From a virus: DNA of 64,000 nucleotides. Of the stretch, positions 23,801 to 29,791 are shown one piece after another. The position numbers and the translations under genes were made by a program. The stretch's first letter is position 1, and the number at the start of each line of letters is the position of its first letter. The notes beneath the pieces are model-generated. The model was given only the letters and a program-made list of their open reading frames with translations. It had not been told where the DNA came from and ran no database searches. The stretch spans positions 44,422 through 108,421 of IMG/VR virus record IMGVR_UViG_3300021130_000224; one strand, 5' to 3'.

Positions 23801-26800
23801 AGGCCCGGCAGAGATAACTTCTTATTTTACTCTATCTTCTGTTCTACTTGAAAGAAGTGACCTTGATGAGAATGATAGAAATAGTCTTTTAAACATGAAC
23901 CATCTCTATCAGAAAGAACTTGAGCAATTAGGTTACAATCAGGAATGGATAGATGAAAGAAAGAAAGAGGTTATTGAAAAATATAAAGCAAGCAAAGAGC
24001 TTATTAATGCTAAAATAGGTGAGATCAGACAAGGTGAAGTTTCAGCATTCTTTGAAGCATTAAATAAGCTAAACAAAGAAGGTGAGTTTGACTTACATAA
24101 AAAGATAGCAGAAGCATCAGGTATTATGTCTTTTGAAGAATTTAATACAAAAAATATCTTTGAACAGAATACCAAAGAAGCTATTGAGAATAAGTATCAG
24201 CAAAACATACATGATATTGTAAGCCATCCTTATAATTTTGATAAGCTTGTTGAGCCCAATAGTGCAGAAGAGCTTAAATCTTTTGAAGCTAAACTTGAAG
24301 AAACTCGTAATTCTAAAAAGTCACAGAAAGAAAAAGATCTACTTGCTGAGGAAAAAGCACGTAAGAAATCAGGTAACGTAGATTACCTGGATACTATTGA
24401 CCCTATCAAGGTGTCAGAACAAAGGCAGGTAATGCTTACTGCAAAAAATCAAATAGGTATTGCTGCTCAGGCAAATACAGGTAACTCACTTGCACATAGT
24501 GCACCAGAGCCAATTGTTATTGATTCAAATGTACCATTGTCTTCACAGGATCTTAAAGAAATACCTGTAGATGCAAATGGTAATAAAGATTATTCAATAA
24601 AGCTTGCACACAATAGTGTAGAAAAAGATGGTAGAAAATTACCTACTATATCTGGAGGAGAAGTTAATCTTGGTAAGATATCCGGATTGATTTCACAAAT
24701 AATAGATGGTTCAGTGGATGCTGCAAATGATCCTTATTTGATGAGAGTATTCCCATCAAAGGATGCTGTATCAACTGCTGTTATGTTGACAAGGCTTGGT
24801 TGTGATATAGGTGATATAGTAATGTTCTTGAACCAACCTATTCTTAAAGAATTGTATTCTAAACAAGAAGCACTTGCAGCAAGAAGATTATTTGATCCTA
24901 CTTATAGGAAATCAAATGATACAATGCTTCAGAATGTTAAAGCACAATTTGGCAAAGGTAAACCTGTGTTTGTAGATAAAGTATTGTCTTTTGATATGTT
25001 ATCTGATATGATTGCTGAGTATGAAGTAAATCCTACCTTGAGAGGTAAAGATGAGTATTCTGCATATCAACGACTGATACTTGATGAATACAAGAAGTAT
25101 AAGCTTTACTCAGACCATCTGTTCCAATTCCAAATGGGTACTACCTGGGACGGTTTGGATAATCCTTCTCCTGCTTCTGTTTATTTAAAAAACAGAATAT
25201 TGGAGCAAACTAAATGGGGTAATGTATTTGGTGACGGTAATCAAATACTTAAAGATAGCTTTGTAAAGACCAGAAAAGAGACTGTGGAAGAAGGTGCTAA
25301 AGCACTTGAAAAAGTATACAAAAATACTTTTCCTTACATAAAGTCTATATGGGATGCATTTAGTAAACGTACCATTCGCATAGGCAATGATGCTAAGAGA
25401 GCAGCAATGGATAAAGCCAATATTTCATTTATTGATTACCTTACTCAGATAACTACATTACCAGGTGGTAAAACAATGAATGCATATATTGGTGAATTGT
25501 TCTTTAAAGATGATGTGTTTGCACAAGAGTTTAATAAAGCAAAAAGAGAAAATGCTAAAAAGAAAGGAACTCCTGAGTACAACATGGCTTTGAACATGCT
25601 AAGGTTAGATAGACAGATCTTCTCAAGGGATAGCAGAACACTTTCATTGAGAGAGAAATCTAAAGATGCTTCTATACAAAATATTCTTACTGACAGTTTC
25701 AGAGAACTGAAGCAAAGTAACCCCGCACTTTATGAGAAAATAGTTTTATTTGGCCATCTGCAGTCAGGTGTTACTGATACTAAACTGTCTTTCAATAAAT
25801 TTATACCTCACGAAGATTATAGTAAAGCTTTGATAAGAGGTATTGAACAACTTGATGGAGGTGATAAAACTATTCTTGAACAGTTTACTAAAACTAACCA
25901 GTTTTATAAAAACAACTGGATAAATGATGAGATAGTACCTTCTGTAGGTAGTTATCTTGAAGGTGAATATAGAGCAGATAATGTTTCTAATTCAGTAATT
26001 GTACTTCAGAAAGGTAAGTATGGATCTGAAAATCCTGCTGTCAAGGTAATGAGTAGACTGAACCCTACAACCGGCAAGTACTATACAGAAGCTGAAGAAG
26101 CTGATCTTGAAGGAAAAGGTTTTAGATTTAAACAAACACCTAAGCTATTCCGTAGAATAGAAACAGACAATGAACCATATACAGTTACTGATTCTAAAGG
26201 TAATGAGTACTATGTATTCAAACAGATAAATGCTTTAGGTGATGGTAATAATGTTCAGGAATACTATACCACAAATGAACCGTCAAAAAGAGATCTTCAT
26301 TTTAAAATAACAGAAGACTCAGATGATACGGTAATAGATGCTGTTGATAAGAGATACTCTGGTGGCAAGGTAACTAATGAGGAAGAAGATATGGATGATA
26401 CATTTGAATCAACATCTACTGTTGCAACACCTATAAATAGAGAGTTGTCAAACATAAAATTTGAAGAACATCCATCTACAAACTATGCAGACAGAACAAA
26501 AATAAATGCTTCTTCTGATGCAACTATAGCACTTGCTACAGACTTTACTTCTGCTGGAGAAAAAGCTACTAAAAATTCAGTAGAACAGCAAGGTAAAAAA
26601 TACATACCAATTGATTTGAATAAAGGTTTAGACGTTACTCAAGAAAGAGTTAACAAATTAGTACAGATGCTTAATGAGTCTGCAGGGAAAGATTTATTTG
26701 CTAAAAAAGAAATATCTCTAAACATTGCAGGTAATGGTATATATACTATGAAAGGTAGATATACACAAGAGCAAGTAGATGATTTTACATATCAATTACT

Positions 26801-27560
26801 CAAAAAAGCTATTGAATCCCCTGATCTTAAAGTTAAAATATCAAGTATTAATACAGGTGGTCAAACAGGTTTAGATGAAGCTGGTGCAAAAGCCGGATTA
26901 AAATTAGGAATACCAACAAAAATACTTGCACCAAAAGGTTGGAAATTCAGAGATATAAATGGTAATGATATTTCTGATGAAAAAAGATTTAAGGATAGAT
27001 TTAAAATGAGTATACCTGTATCTACAGAACGTACTACAGTAAAACCAAATACAAAAGGTGAGTATAATATTTATGCAGGTACCGGAGAAAATGTAGTTTT
27101 ATCAAATATGACACCAAGAAAGTTTATTTATAATGGTGGAGAATTTAATTCAGTAGAACAAGCATTTCAGGAAGCTAAACTTCAGTTTACAAAAGGTACT
27201 GAAAAAGATATTGCCACTCATAAAAAAATCAGTGAAGCAAAATCAGCTTTTGAGGCTAAAAAATATGGCAGAGAATACAGTACATTAGATGCAAAAGCTT
27301 GGGATGAAAATAGTAGTAAATTTATGAAGATGTTTATTAAATCATCTTTTGAACAAAATCCACAAGCACTTAAAGAATTGCTTGCTACTGGTGATGCTAA
27401 ACTTACACATAATCAAGATGCTGGTAAATGGGGTACTGAATTTCCAAAAATCCTTATGGAAGTAAGAGATGAATTTAAAGGTAAAACAACTGCAGAACCA
27501 GCAGTAGATGCAAGAGCAAAAAATAATGAAGAAGGTAATAAACCAAATCCAGCATGTTAG
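11805..27560 (+). CDS. Giant virion-encapsidated RNA polymerase polyprotein (zincin, double-psi beta-barrel RNAP, SLOG, NADAR)
   Basis: Catalytic GSDFDVDK at 23361-23375 preceded by GFRIPTQ, plus IDGQ. HEAFH zincin motif at 18855. Hydrophobic Gly/Ala helices at the N-terminus. GGQTGLD (SLOG) and LSN..F.SVEQAFQ (NADAR) at the C-terminus. Confidence 0.9.
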   Translation: MPGTDQFGFPTLPNMDNSQKDANQTLSENQNNVVNPAFVLPSLTRESKNLIPNKSSASGVFDDIMKTAETLTSKGPSLTELTTKTAQDVPKEYRTGKFPMYYGPETEDFYGKSQGTGEKLLYGVGRGISSGSRAFLQSTVGLVNDIASVSTGGSFTDNNLNKWFDTWQKADDLDMPLYQTKEERDRSGWDPRGWVTGNNVAHFIESLGFMAGMAGGAYVTAGAGEFAIGARVTGSIMAAYDEAIASFSELAAKQAILVGVEDGEVVAKALSQQLMNDVKAIQAEATSGAVKLDKVNKLLNASKADLDAKYAAKLLGAEKIKQTIYGGIGNLGIASSAGFEAKEQFKQNYIDSMRERGFELTPEELQKLEGVSTSVARWTATVTGALGAISFGHAFKGIVAKGEAETAVREEINNLVNKEILTSEEIAANKIAKTATGPHIEGKTEYVDPTQATKKADNFIGKVTQSARRVGKVAGQNIGKIYDPFGAITMAEFSMVSPAIENYFSKQYQTGDADVWADAIGPNLERVFGTKEGIGELISGGLASGFFQVGENIKTSGKRKSATEAAANGMNKTYMGTYLKDLTQSIKVGRAFDEEEKDAIMSGDKKKQYDSRMSKLFAYMLPRVKHGKLEYIKSDIRGYRELLATDEGRKQLRASGELPAEGDLVKQAEELNQHLNKIEAYAENADKTYKALRLNHGSDPRFKDEVFEKLLYASSMIDNASERIVNISKELDTNKDITPQIRTQLVELQKLMSRPLTAEESFELLKNLGESREEIINKLSGRKNISDLRNKIVSNIKGLSINETKQQELIGKMGDMLKLTNSKTGYLKDYQTMILNPEMAHDFSRNSLPGFHEEMPMGKGEGEEGGPEKLTKTIKVKHAGSPFILGSDGKKIFTPSDLEVGEEYIGGVRELYDEYKGEPTKMKNFPKFRLEGEVEKERQTSKGILKEKKILISVPVGENGDRRYMEIDPKVFEKYKLTKLKDLQKNEEAMFYVNHANDVFTYEFQKGNSDAIKDGIITFDKDKNVLAFRYRSNDGKVRDHVIDLQRALEEDRLKFKDSKKEISKEEYDRIKNYRDPNYTMKAARQIEIIDEATKEYRTELEEVKGRIKEREDLLGQLQDTIAGIQEKMKKQGTTKKSLTQYTKELVYMQELHDSLHDDLEPLLARREELQSHSDIVEGLKSNILNHPNGVEFIEYLKKSQENIKAEKEKNDTAIEHLKGLISKAKDFIVTLKDSLLKRIAKFEARYPSETPGRIGEMSQSEANTLLTILRANEYDFPKKQGITYDDSSLWKEEQIGTQNPSRLTEQTRALKEFLETNRDFFKDRDEILKDTNILDVKENEIEANEKAIAELLADNKELEKVFNILDKITKQFEEEYKRWKEDVVLTQAYRESPSAQRVLREMQAAMNANSLPIVPTSLLDKAVRAVLRKIPFFKMKGLQRNPFADSIIVDSTNKNTSFYQQHNNWPDRERDFTANLTKWSFKLNGSKFGLGSAIEPDNVKVMVVNTGNQSAFGFEGFVPESYQSYDKSETIFNKGENRDNSRAQVALVYTYQDESGRTFTIDKDGNLLSEIKPGAEQHDFDNMVFTYLDHSNLKRTGAYRAGESKFYDAESFSQDELNAIQASATSMRKKLLDLNGQLLLDFDVMGGFINKPKELDEEISDGTEGDEEPKKKPVINRSVTEVGLMSDSDLSKPNILAVATDVDPENNKVARVDGELIPTALPFLRLKSGKPVILTTNRFTKEQAENIYNVLKKIANSMFRAYGKSEGSAEEGAVDRLRNVSTGKEISAMWRYLSTISYFRRPEEGETLDRNQFYLDGKGNIVMGKTSWKFDPKTLNDPEVKEKIITIIAGSDKIPGLFHNVDSLSLRERGTEPFEEYIVDDNGNVKEVRTWETLNHWYLSDKYPDGTARNKSENDNNIPVTINANVPSSTGDVAIEGRYIKVRGIGEEYKPKIKEKKTEQTHPSAAPKPKAPEPQSAQGKTEPIEEFSFELNGNKYPITDGKIEIVQDYTTYTIIPKIEGNNIKIENAQWSIKDPKTGEVKTAEAKTALKDVFEQKLKEQYADHLAKQAEANKPAEPVVTTDVPVSDIEARRAEIEIKIQEKLKQLDESDKRSLEAIMPNNPNHPTFKVGMRYNDGMRVIIQNAKPSDNFDGREDSYIAITKIIEPAEYRADGKMTKAAKIETTIFNTKEEADKAIADTYAKIQAQVKEGKRQKDANAKFDTELAALDKEGTSTTEEPQVIPAEPQIETKSGKPETTSNVVESVREKAQRLKDQLNGNPPNTRIVQPGEVAVSDHKGHEEFITWLKDKLPGVKYNELHDVVRITGAKSAWGIAKDHIISVFKDAPLSAKYHEAFHPVFDVFLTDREKANVIREFKNRQGKFFDLGSGKYINFADATVYQIADRLAEEFGIYKTTGKMPEYTPKQQNFFKRLWAALTNIFRTPTTIDSIFKKVDEGGFRNTEPLREIGINNYSTVQGLRNRFTEQEISANVKGIALEIYRNLRLDTGKMLKTLEGKTTFKELIDPIKELFNWRFHLEDSEAKFMENGVFTIHAPDSPFGDVQKDSLTQNWQNVLDNWDDYMSEVKSFLKTKGIDFVKKEISGDLEEGESIKESAGEESNNRDYAGDIFQSDAKNNSPKEIKLIFGFVTEDDYDNDLIAKSNFRLQENPKPKMNAISGMDQMSTDTDYFYVVMKEMANVSGLDEMKNKFLSLAQKIPSLVRPYKAIFGEPTANNQPTAEMLRLQHLFEKTFNKQVVTPFMQKISGKESSATINSDSERDTRQIVNDFLSNMTGLHMNTDIVSMDQHGNYTFNTKVLKDPTHKDFIPNPRNGQFPEQKEQMSLEFLNKIGFNFPKEVFNKLSKQDKEKLTKESMRLYDELYRVTAKGSGALISRSGITTPAVDKIADIYLKAERGFRSTQRFTIDGEPAQRYVLHNNLSQNLSEINQVESREKLLQVKPYYGTDPFCQESLLLKENGMWFAETETKGDTRYTPWKDNSKMQVTVTEGIDSNGKKVANKKMNAVTRFMQAMNMNLSGNFYFVTSADSSQDWGARTGETGKFYIPPSVYNNTKYVGDIFAGYLRAEIETIKDFNVNPEKQKWEQLNKKVGGSKIGEQLRFFKGLLSKDAVKKVEEYANGKGPDAELSTSEFVKKIQSDVNEGLNKYISQQVEDAKKMLQKASIIEKGTQGYRWYGLSERVRDLLSADLENKLGRKERPTGDYKKDRDLRIVYNEKEINDIIKFRTLNHLAHGIEMNKVFFGDPAMYKDPFKRMKLFMSGKDFTHTDKGIGVSNLVLADKYNKVGAHTLKKGQVGYHDFTDTLKIFTYDFGDSPSTKIASANWKELPEAYQSNNSIDGQSHIMLPFYREHKLKEGTWPDDREAQYQYDLALFRREATKRFNAGEKKFEKFAYKNNEDDKALKAEDDKLLAQGNPKVANAFYIDKPLAVGMYQSQSRMVPYALKTSTLPLSWELVRGKALEDKYLMMLESGTAYSGPKSQQKFGIPEGAPELYSKVTGKLALTGEIIKAKQLPVSWSDWGKILETSGEKEKITLGSQGTKLDHLHLFTRGIPNDFMTNLSYKERNDQWSKLSPKAKIEKSEFYKLYDNKNKALSALASHGLEVIKDEIGISKNDAGEYELMDASKLVHFLNQEITRRELPQNMKDALGVYLNPKSGKIELTNALETLANFNQIRSIINSLIDKHINSPKVNGKALILASSAMFEDASKGLRVEKINGKDVLVSDHLEFYRIGKDGKPTRRMQVMMTNFMYNELKKKSKLSDAELMKYLMTEEGKELLYGIGFRIPTQGLNSIDSFEIVPFDLRYDKDGQIDYENSKMFVPNTYGDMMVVPAELTTKAGSDFDVDKLFSYLKNFYIDGKGYPRLVKFLDENNSTPEERYVRYVKDSADKKTKIAISAERTEEDDYEKEQFFGKLKDEVKQARELGVKDIKANIKEQINDIRKQAIEQSDSVFAELREVGKKLYSNLSEEVLTEFKALAAENKTNSVKGPAEITSYFTLSSVLLERSDLDENDRNSLLNMNHLYQKELEQLGYNQEWIDERKKEVIEKYKASKELINAKIGEIRQGEVSAFFEALNKLNKEGEFDLHKKIAEASGIMSFEEFNTKNIFEQNTKEAIENKYQQNIHDIVSHPYNFDKLVEPNSAEELKSFEAKLEETRNSKKSQKEKDLLAEEKARKKSGNVDYLDTIDPIKVSEQRQVMLTAKNQIGIAAQANTGNSLAHSAPEPIVIDSNVPLSSQDLKEIPVDANGNKDYSIKLAHNSVEKDGRKLPTISGGEVNLGKISGLISQIIDGSVDAANDPYLMRVFPSKDAVSTAVMLTRLGCDIGDIVMFLNQPILKELYSKQEALAARRLFDPTYRKSNDTMLQNVKAQFGKGKPVFVDKVLSFDMLSDMIAEYEVNPTLRGKDEYSAYQRLILDEYKKYKLYSDHLFQFQMGTTWDGLDNPSPASVYLKNRILEQTKWGNVFGDGNQILKDSFVKTRKETVEEGAKALEKVYKNTFPYIKSIWDAFSKRTIRIGNDAKRAAMDKANISFIDYLTQITTLPGGKTMNAYIGELFFKDDVFAQEFNKAKRENAKKKGTPEYNMALNMLRLDRQIFSRDSRTLSLREKSKDASIQNILTDSFRELKQSNPALYEKIVLFGHLQSGVTDTKLSFNKFIPHEDYSKALIRGIEQLDGGDKTILEQFTKTNQFYKNNWINDEIVPSVGSYLEGEYRADNVSNSVIVLQKGKYGSENPAVKVMSRLNPTTGKYYTEAEEADLEGKGFRFKQTPKLFRRIETDNEPYTVTDSKGNEYYVFKQINALGDGNNVQEYYTTNEPSKRDLHFKITEDSDDTVIDAVDKRYSGGKVTNEEEDMDDTFESTSTVATPINRELSNIKFEEHPSTNYADRTKINASSDATIALATDFTSAGEKATKNSVEQQGKKYIPIDLNKGLDVTQERVNKLVQMLNESAGKDLFAKKEISLNIAGNGIYTMKGRYTQEQVDDFTYQLLKKAIESPDLKVKISSINTGGQTGLDEAGAKAGLKLGIPTKILAPKGWKFRDINGNDISDEKRFKDRFKMSIPVSTERTTVKPNTKGEYNIYAGTGENVVLSNMTPRKFIYNGGEFNSVEQAFQEAKLQFTKGTEKDIATHKKISEAKSAFEAKKYGREYSTLDAKAWDENSSKFMKMFIKSSFEQNPQALKELLATGDAKLTHNQDAGKWGTEFPKILMEVRDEFKGKTTAEPAVDARAKNNEEGNKPNPAC

Positions 27561-28117
27561 TATTATCAGCTCACACGGATGTTGTAAGACATGACATCCC
27601 ACTTACAAATGACAAAGGCACTATGGTCGGGTTACTTGATAACCTGGCCGGTGTCATTTGTATGTACAATGCTATTTACTCTAATCCTTCGATTCAACAT
27701 GCTCTTGCTCAAGGTGATATTAAAATTTTTCACAACAGACATGAGGAGTTTGCGTATGCTGTAAACTTTCCCGACCTTGATCCAGAGAAAGATTTTGTTA
27801 TCAATATTGATGTGTGTGCCGGCGAAAGATATCAGGGTATGGATGCCGGCATTGAGAACTTGTATGGCAAGAAAATAGCTGAAGTATTAAACGCTCTTGA
27901 ATGGGAAGGATTTAAGTTCTACTTTTGTGAGTACACTGGAGACCCGGAAGAAGCTGACGAAATGGATCAGTGGGTTGAAAAGAAAATACCAGGTCTTTCT
28001 TTTATTATTCCTATTGATTGCCCGAATGATAACTGGCATGGTGAGGCCCAGCTTCCAATGGAAAGAATGACCAAAGCAATACTTATGTTACAAAGATTAA
28101 TCTGTTATTTATTATAA
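27554..28117 (+). CDS. Minimal M28/M20/M42-type zinc metallopeptidase
   Basis: Metal-ligand pattern in the expected order: SAHTD, LDNLAGV, HEE, INIDV, C-terminal WH. Confidence 0.65.
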   Translation: MLVLSAHTDVVRHDIPLTNDKGTMVGLLDNLAGVICMYNAIYSNPSIQHALAQGDIKIFHNRHEEFAYAVNFPDLDPEKDFVINIDVCAGERYQGMDAGIENLYGKKIAEVLNALEWEGFKFYFCEYTGDPEEADEMDQWVEKKIPGLSFIIPIDCPNDNWHGEAQLPMERMTKAILMLQRLICYLL

Positions 28118-28118
28118 A

Positions 28119-29399
28119 ATGGCAAATACAAAGAACAAAACGATACTGGTCCACGATAGTGGTGCATTTTTTGAAATCGCCCTGGCACTTGCAGATCACT
28201 ATAAGCAAGTGCTTTATTATGTTCCATGGGAAAGTGGATTCCCAAGTCCTGATAAGGCCCGGGTGGGCACAGAATGGGTCAATGGTAAACAACTTGATAC
28301 ATTTGATGGAAAAACATTCAAACGTGTGCCAGAGTTTTTTGAGGCATTAAAAGAAGCAGATATTGTATTCTTTACCGATTGTTATAATGGTGACCTGATG
28401 GAACATCTCAGAGAGATGGGTTATCCTGTCTGTGGTTCTGGCCGGGGCCAAATCCTGGAACTTGACCGTTGGCTATGCAAGCAGACTTTCAAAGCTGCCG
28501 GCATGGATGTAAATCCAATGAAGCGAGTTACAGGAATGACAGCATTGCGTGAGTTGTTGAAGAAAGAGGAAGATCGTTATATTAAAATATCTCGATATAG
28601 GAAACTGGTTGAAACATTCCACCATGAGACCTACCAGCTCTCTGAGGCAATCCTTGACAAAATGCAGCACGAATTGGGCCCAATGGCAGAAACCATTGAG
28701 TTCATTATTGAAGAGCCAATTGAGGCCATTGTAGAGGAAGGAATCGACTGTTATACAGTTGATGGTAAATACCCAAAGAATACTTTGGCCGGCACTGAGG
28801 TAAAAGACAGGGCTTATTATGGTGAGATAATGGATTACGATAAATTATCTCCCGGGGTACAGAGGACTACTAACCAGATATCACCAATGCTGAAGAAGTA
28901 TGGATATAAAGGCTTTTTCAGTACAGAAGTAAGAACAACTAAACATGATGAAAATTTTTTATCTGATTTCACGGCAAGGCAACCTATGCCGCCTAGTCCT
29001 CTGTACACAATTATGTTCGAGAACCTGGGTGAAATCATTTGGGGTATAGCTAATGGTGAGATTGTTGATATCAAACCAAAGTACAAATGCGGTTTGTATG
29101 TTACACTGTATAGTGACTTCTTCGATAGTGACCACCAGCCGGTATGGTTTCCGAAAGAGTACCGGGATAACGTCAAGATATCTTACCCTATCAAGGTAGA
29201 TGGTAAATATACCGCTATTAATATCAATGGTTTTCCTGAAGTAGGTAGCGTAGTTGTGGGTGGTAACTCTTTTGAGGAATGTTACAAGCTGATGGAAAAG
29301 ATTGCTCCGGAAGTAAAAGGCTATGGACTCAAGATTGAAGTCAAAGATTGTGAAGTAGCTAAGGGTGAGTTTGATAAAATGATGGGTAAAAAATCATAA
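28119..29399 (+). CDS. ATP-grasp ligase (distantly PurD-like)
   Basis: LELDRWLCKQ, YIK, FIIEEPI..E and YKGFFSTEV...SDFTAR match the ATP-grasp architecture, with a Rossmann-like N-terminal domain. Confidence 0.75.
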   Translation: MANTKNKTILVHDSGAFFEIALALADHYKQVLYYVPWESGFPSPDKARVGTEWVNGKQLDTFDGKTFKRVPEFFEALKEADIVFFTDCYNGDLMEHLREMGYPVCGSGRGQILELDRWLCKQTFKAAGMDVNPMKRVTGMTALRELLKKEEDRYIKISRYRKLVETFHHETYQLSEAILDKMQHELGPMAETIEFIIEEPIEAIVEEGIDCYTVDGKYPKNTLAGTEVKDRAYYGEIMDYDKLSPGVQRTTNQISPMLKKYGYKGFFSTEVRTTKHDENFLSDFTARQPMPPSPLYTIMFENLGEIIWGIANGEIVDIKPKYKCGLYVTLYSDFFDSDHQPVWFPKEYRDNVKISYPIKVDGKYTAININGFPEVGSVVVGGNSFEECYKLMEKIAPEVKGYGLKIEVKDCEVAKGEFDKMMGKKS

Positions 29400-29400
29400 T

Positions 29401-29790
29401 ATGGCAAAATTAGCAACTGCTGCAGAAAATGCTTCTAGGTTTGTACCCACCTCGATGGAGAGTGAAGGTATGGGAAAGAAGTGGTTATTAAAGGAAATGA
29501 TGCATACAGAGTATCTCTGTGTTGAACATCCACATGTAGCACTCAAGTTTCTGCCTGGGGGAATCCTTCAGGTATTTGGTGAGCAGAAACAACCAATCAT
29601 TCACCGATATTCTATTTCTCACCAGGTTGATGAGGATGAATACTATATGGAGGTAATACCTAACCTGACTGATGAGCCAGGTAAACTGAAAATGGACATA
29701 ATGAAGAATCATCTAACTTTGACTAATAAAAATGGTGAGGTCCTTCATCTGAATAAACTTAATTTAAGAGCTTACGACAACGCTAAATAA
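29401..29790 (+). CDS. Hypothetical small beta-rich protein
   Basis: 129-aa ORF tightly packed (1-bp gaps) in the operon. Confidence 0.6.
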   Translation: MAKLATAAENASRFVPTSMESEGMGKKWLLKEMMHTEYLCVEHPHVALKFLPGGILQVFGEQKQPIIHRYSISHQVDEDEYYMEVIPNLTDEPGKLKMDIMKNHLTLTNKNGEVLHLNKLNLRAYDNAK

Positions 29791-29791
29791 T

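Noticed and set aside
28119-29399. Calling the gene purD (auxiliary purine metabolism)
   Set aside because: PurD signature segments (GGREH, GPNTGGMG) are absent and the context is structural.
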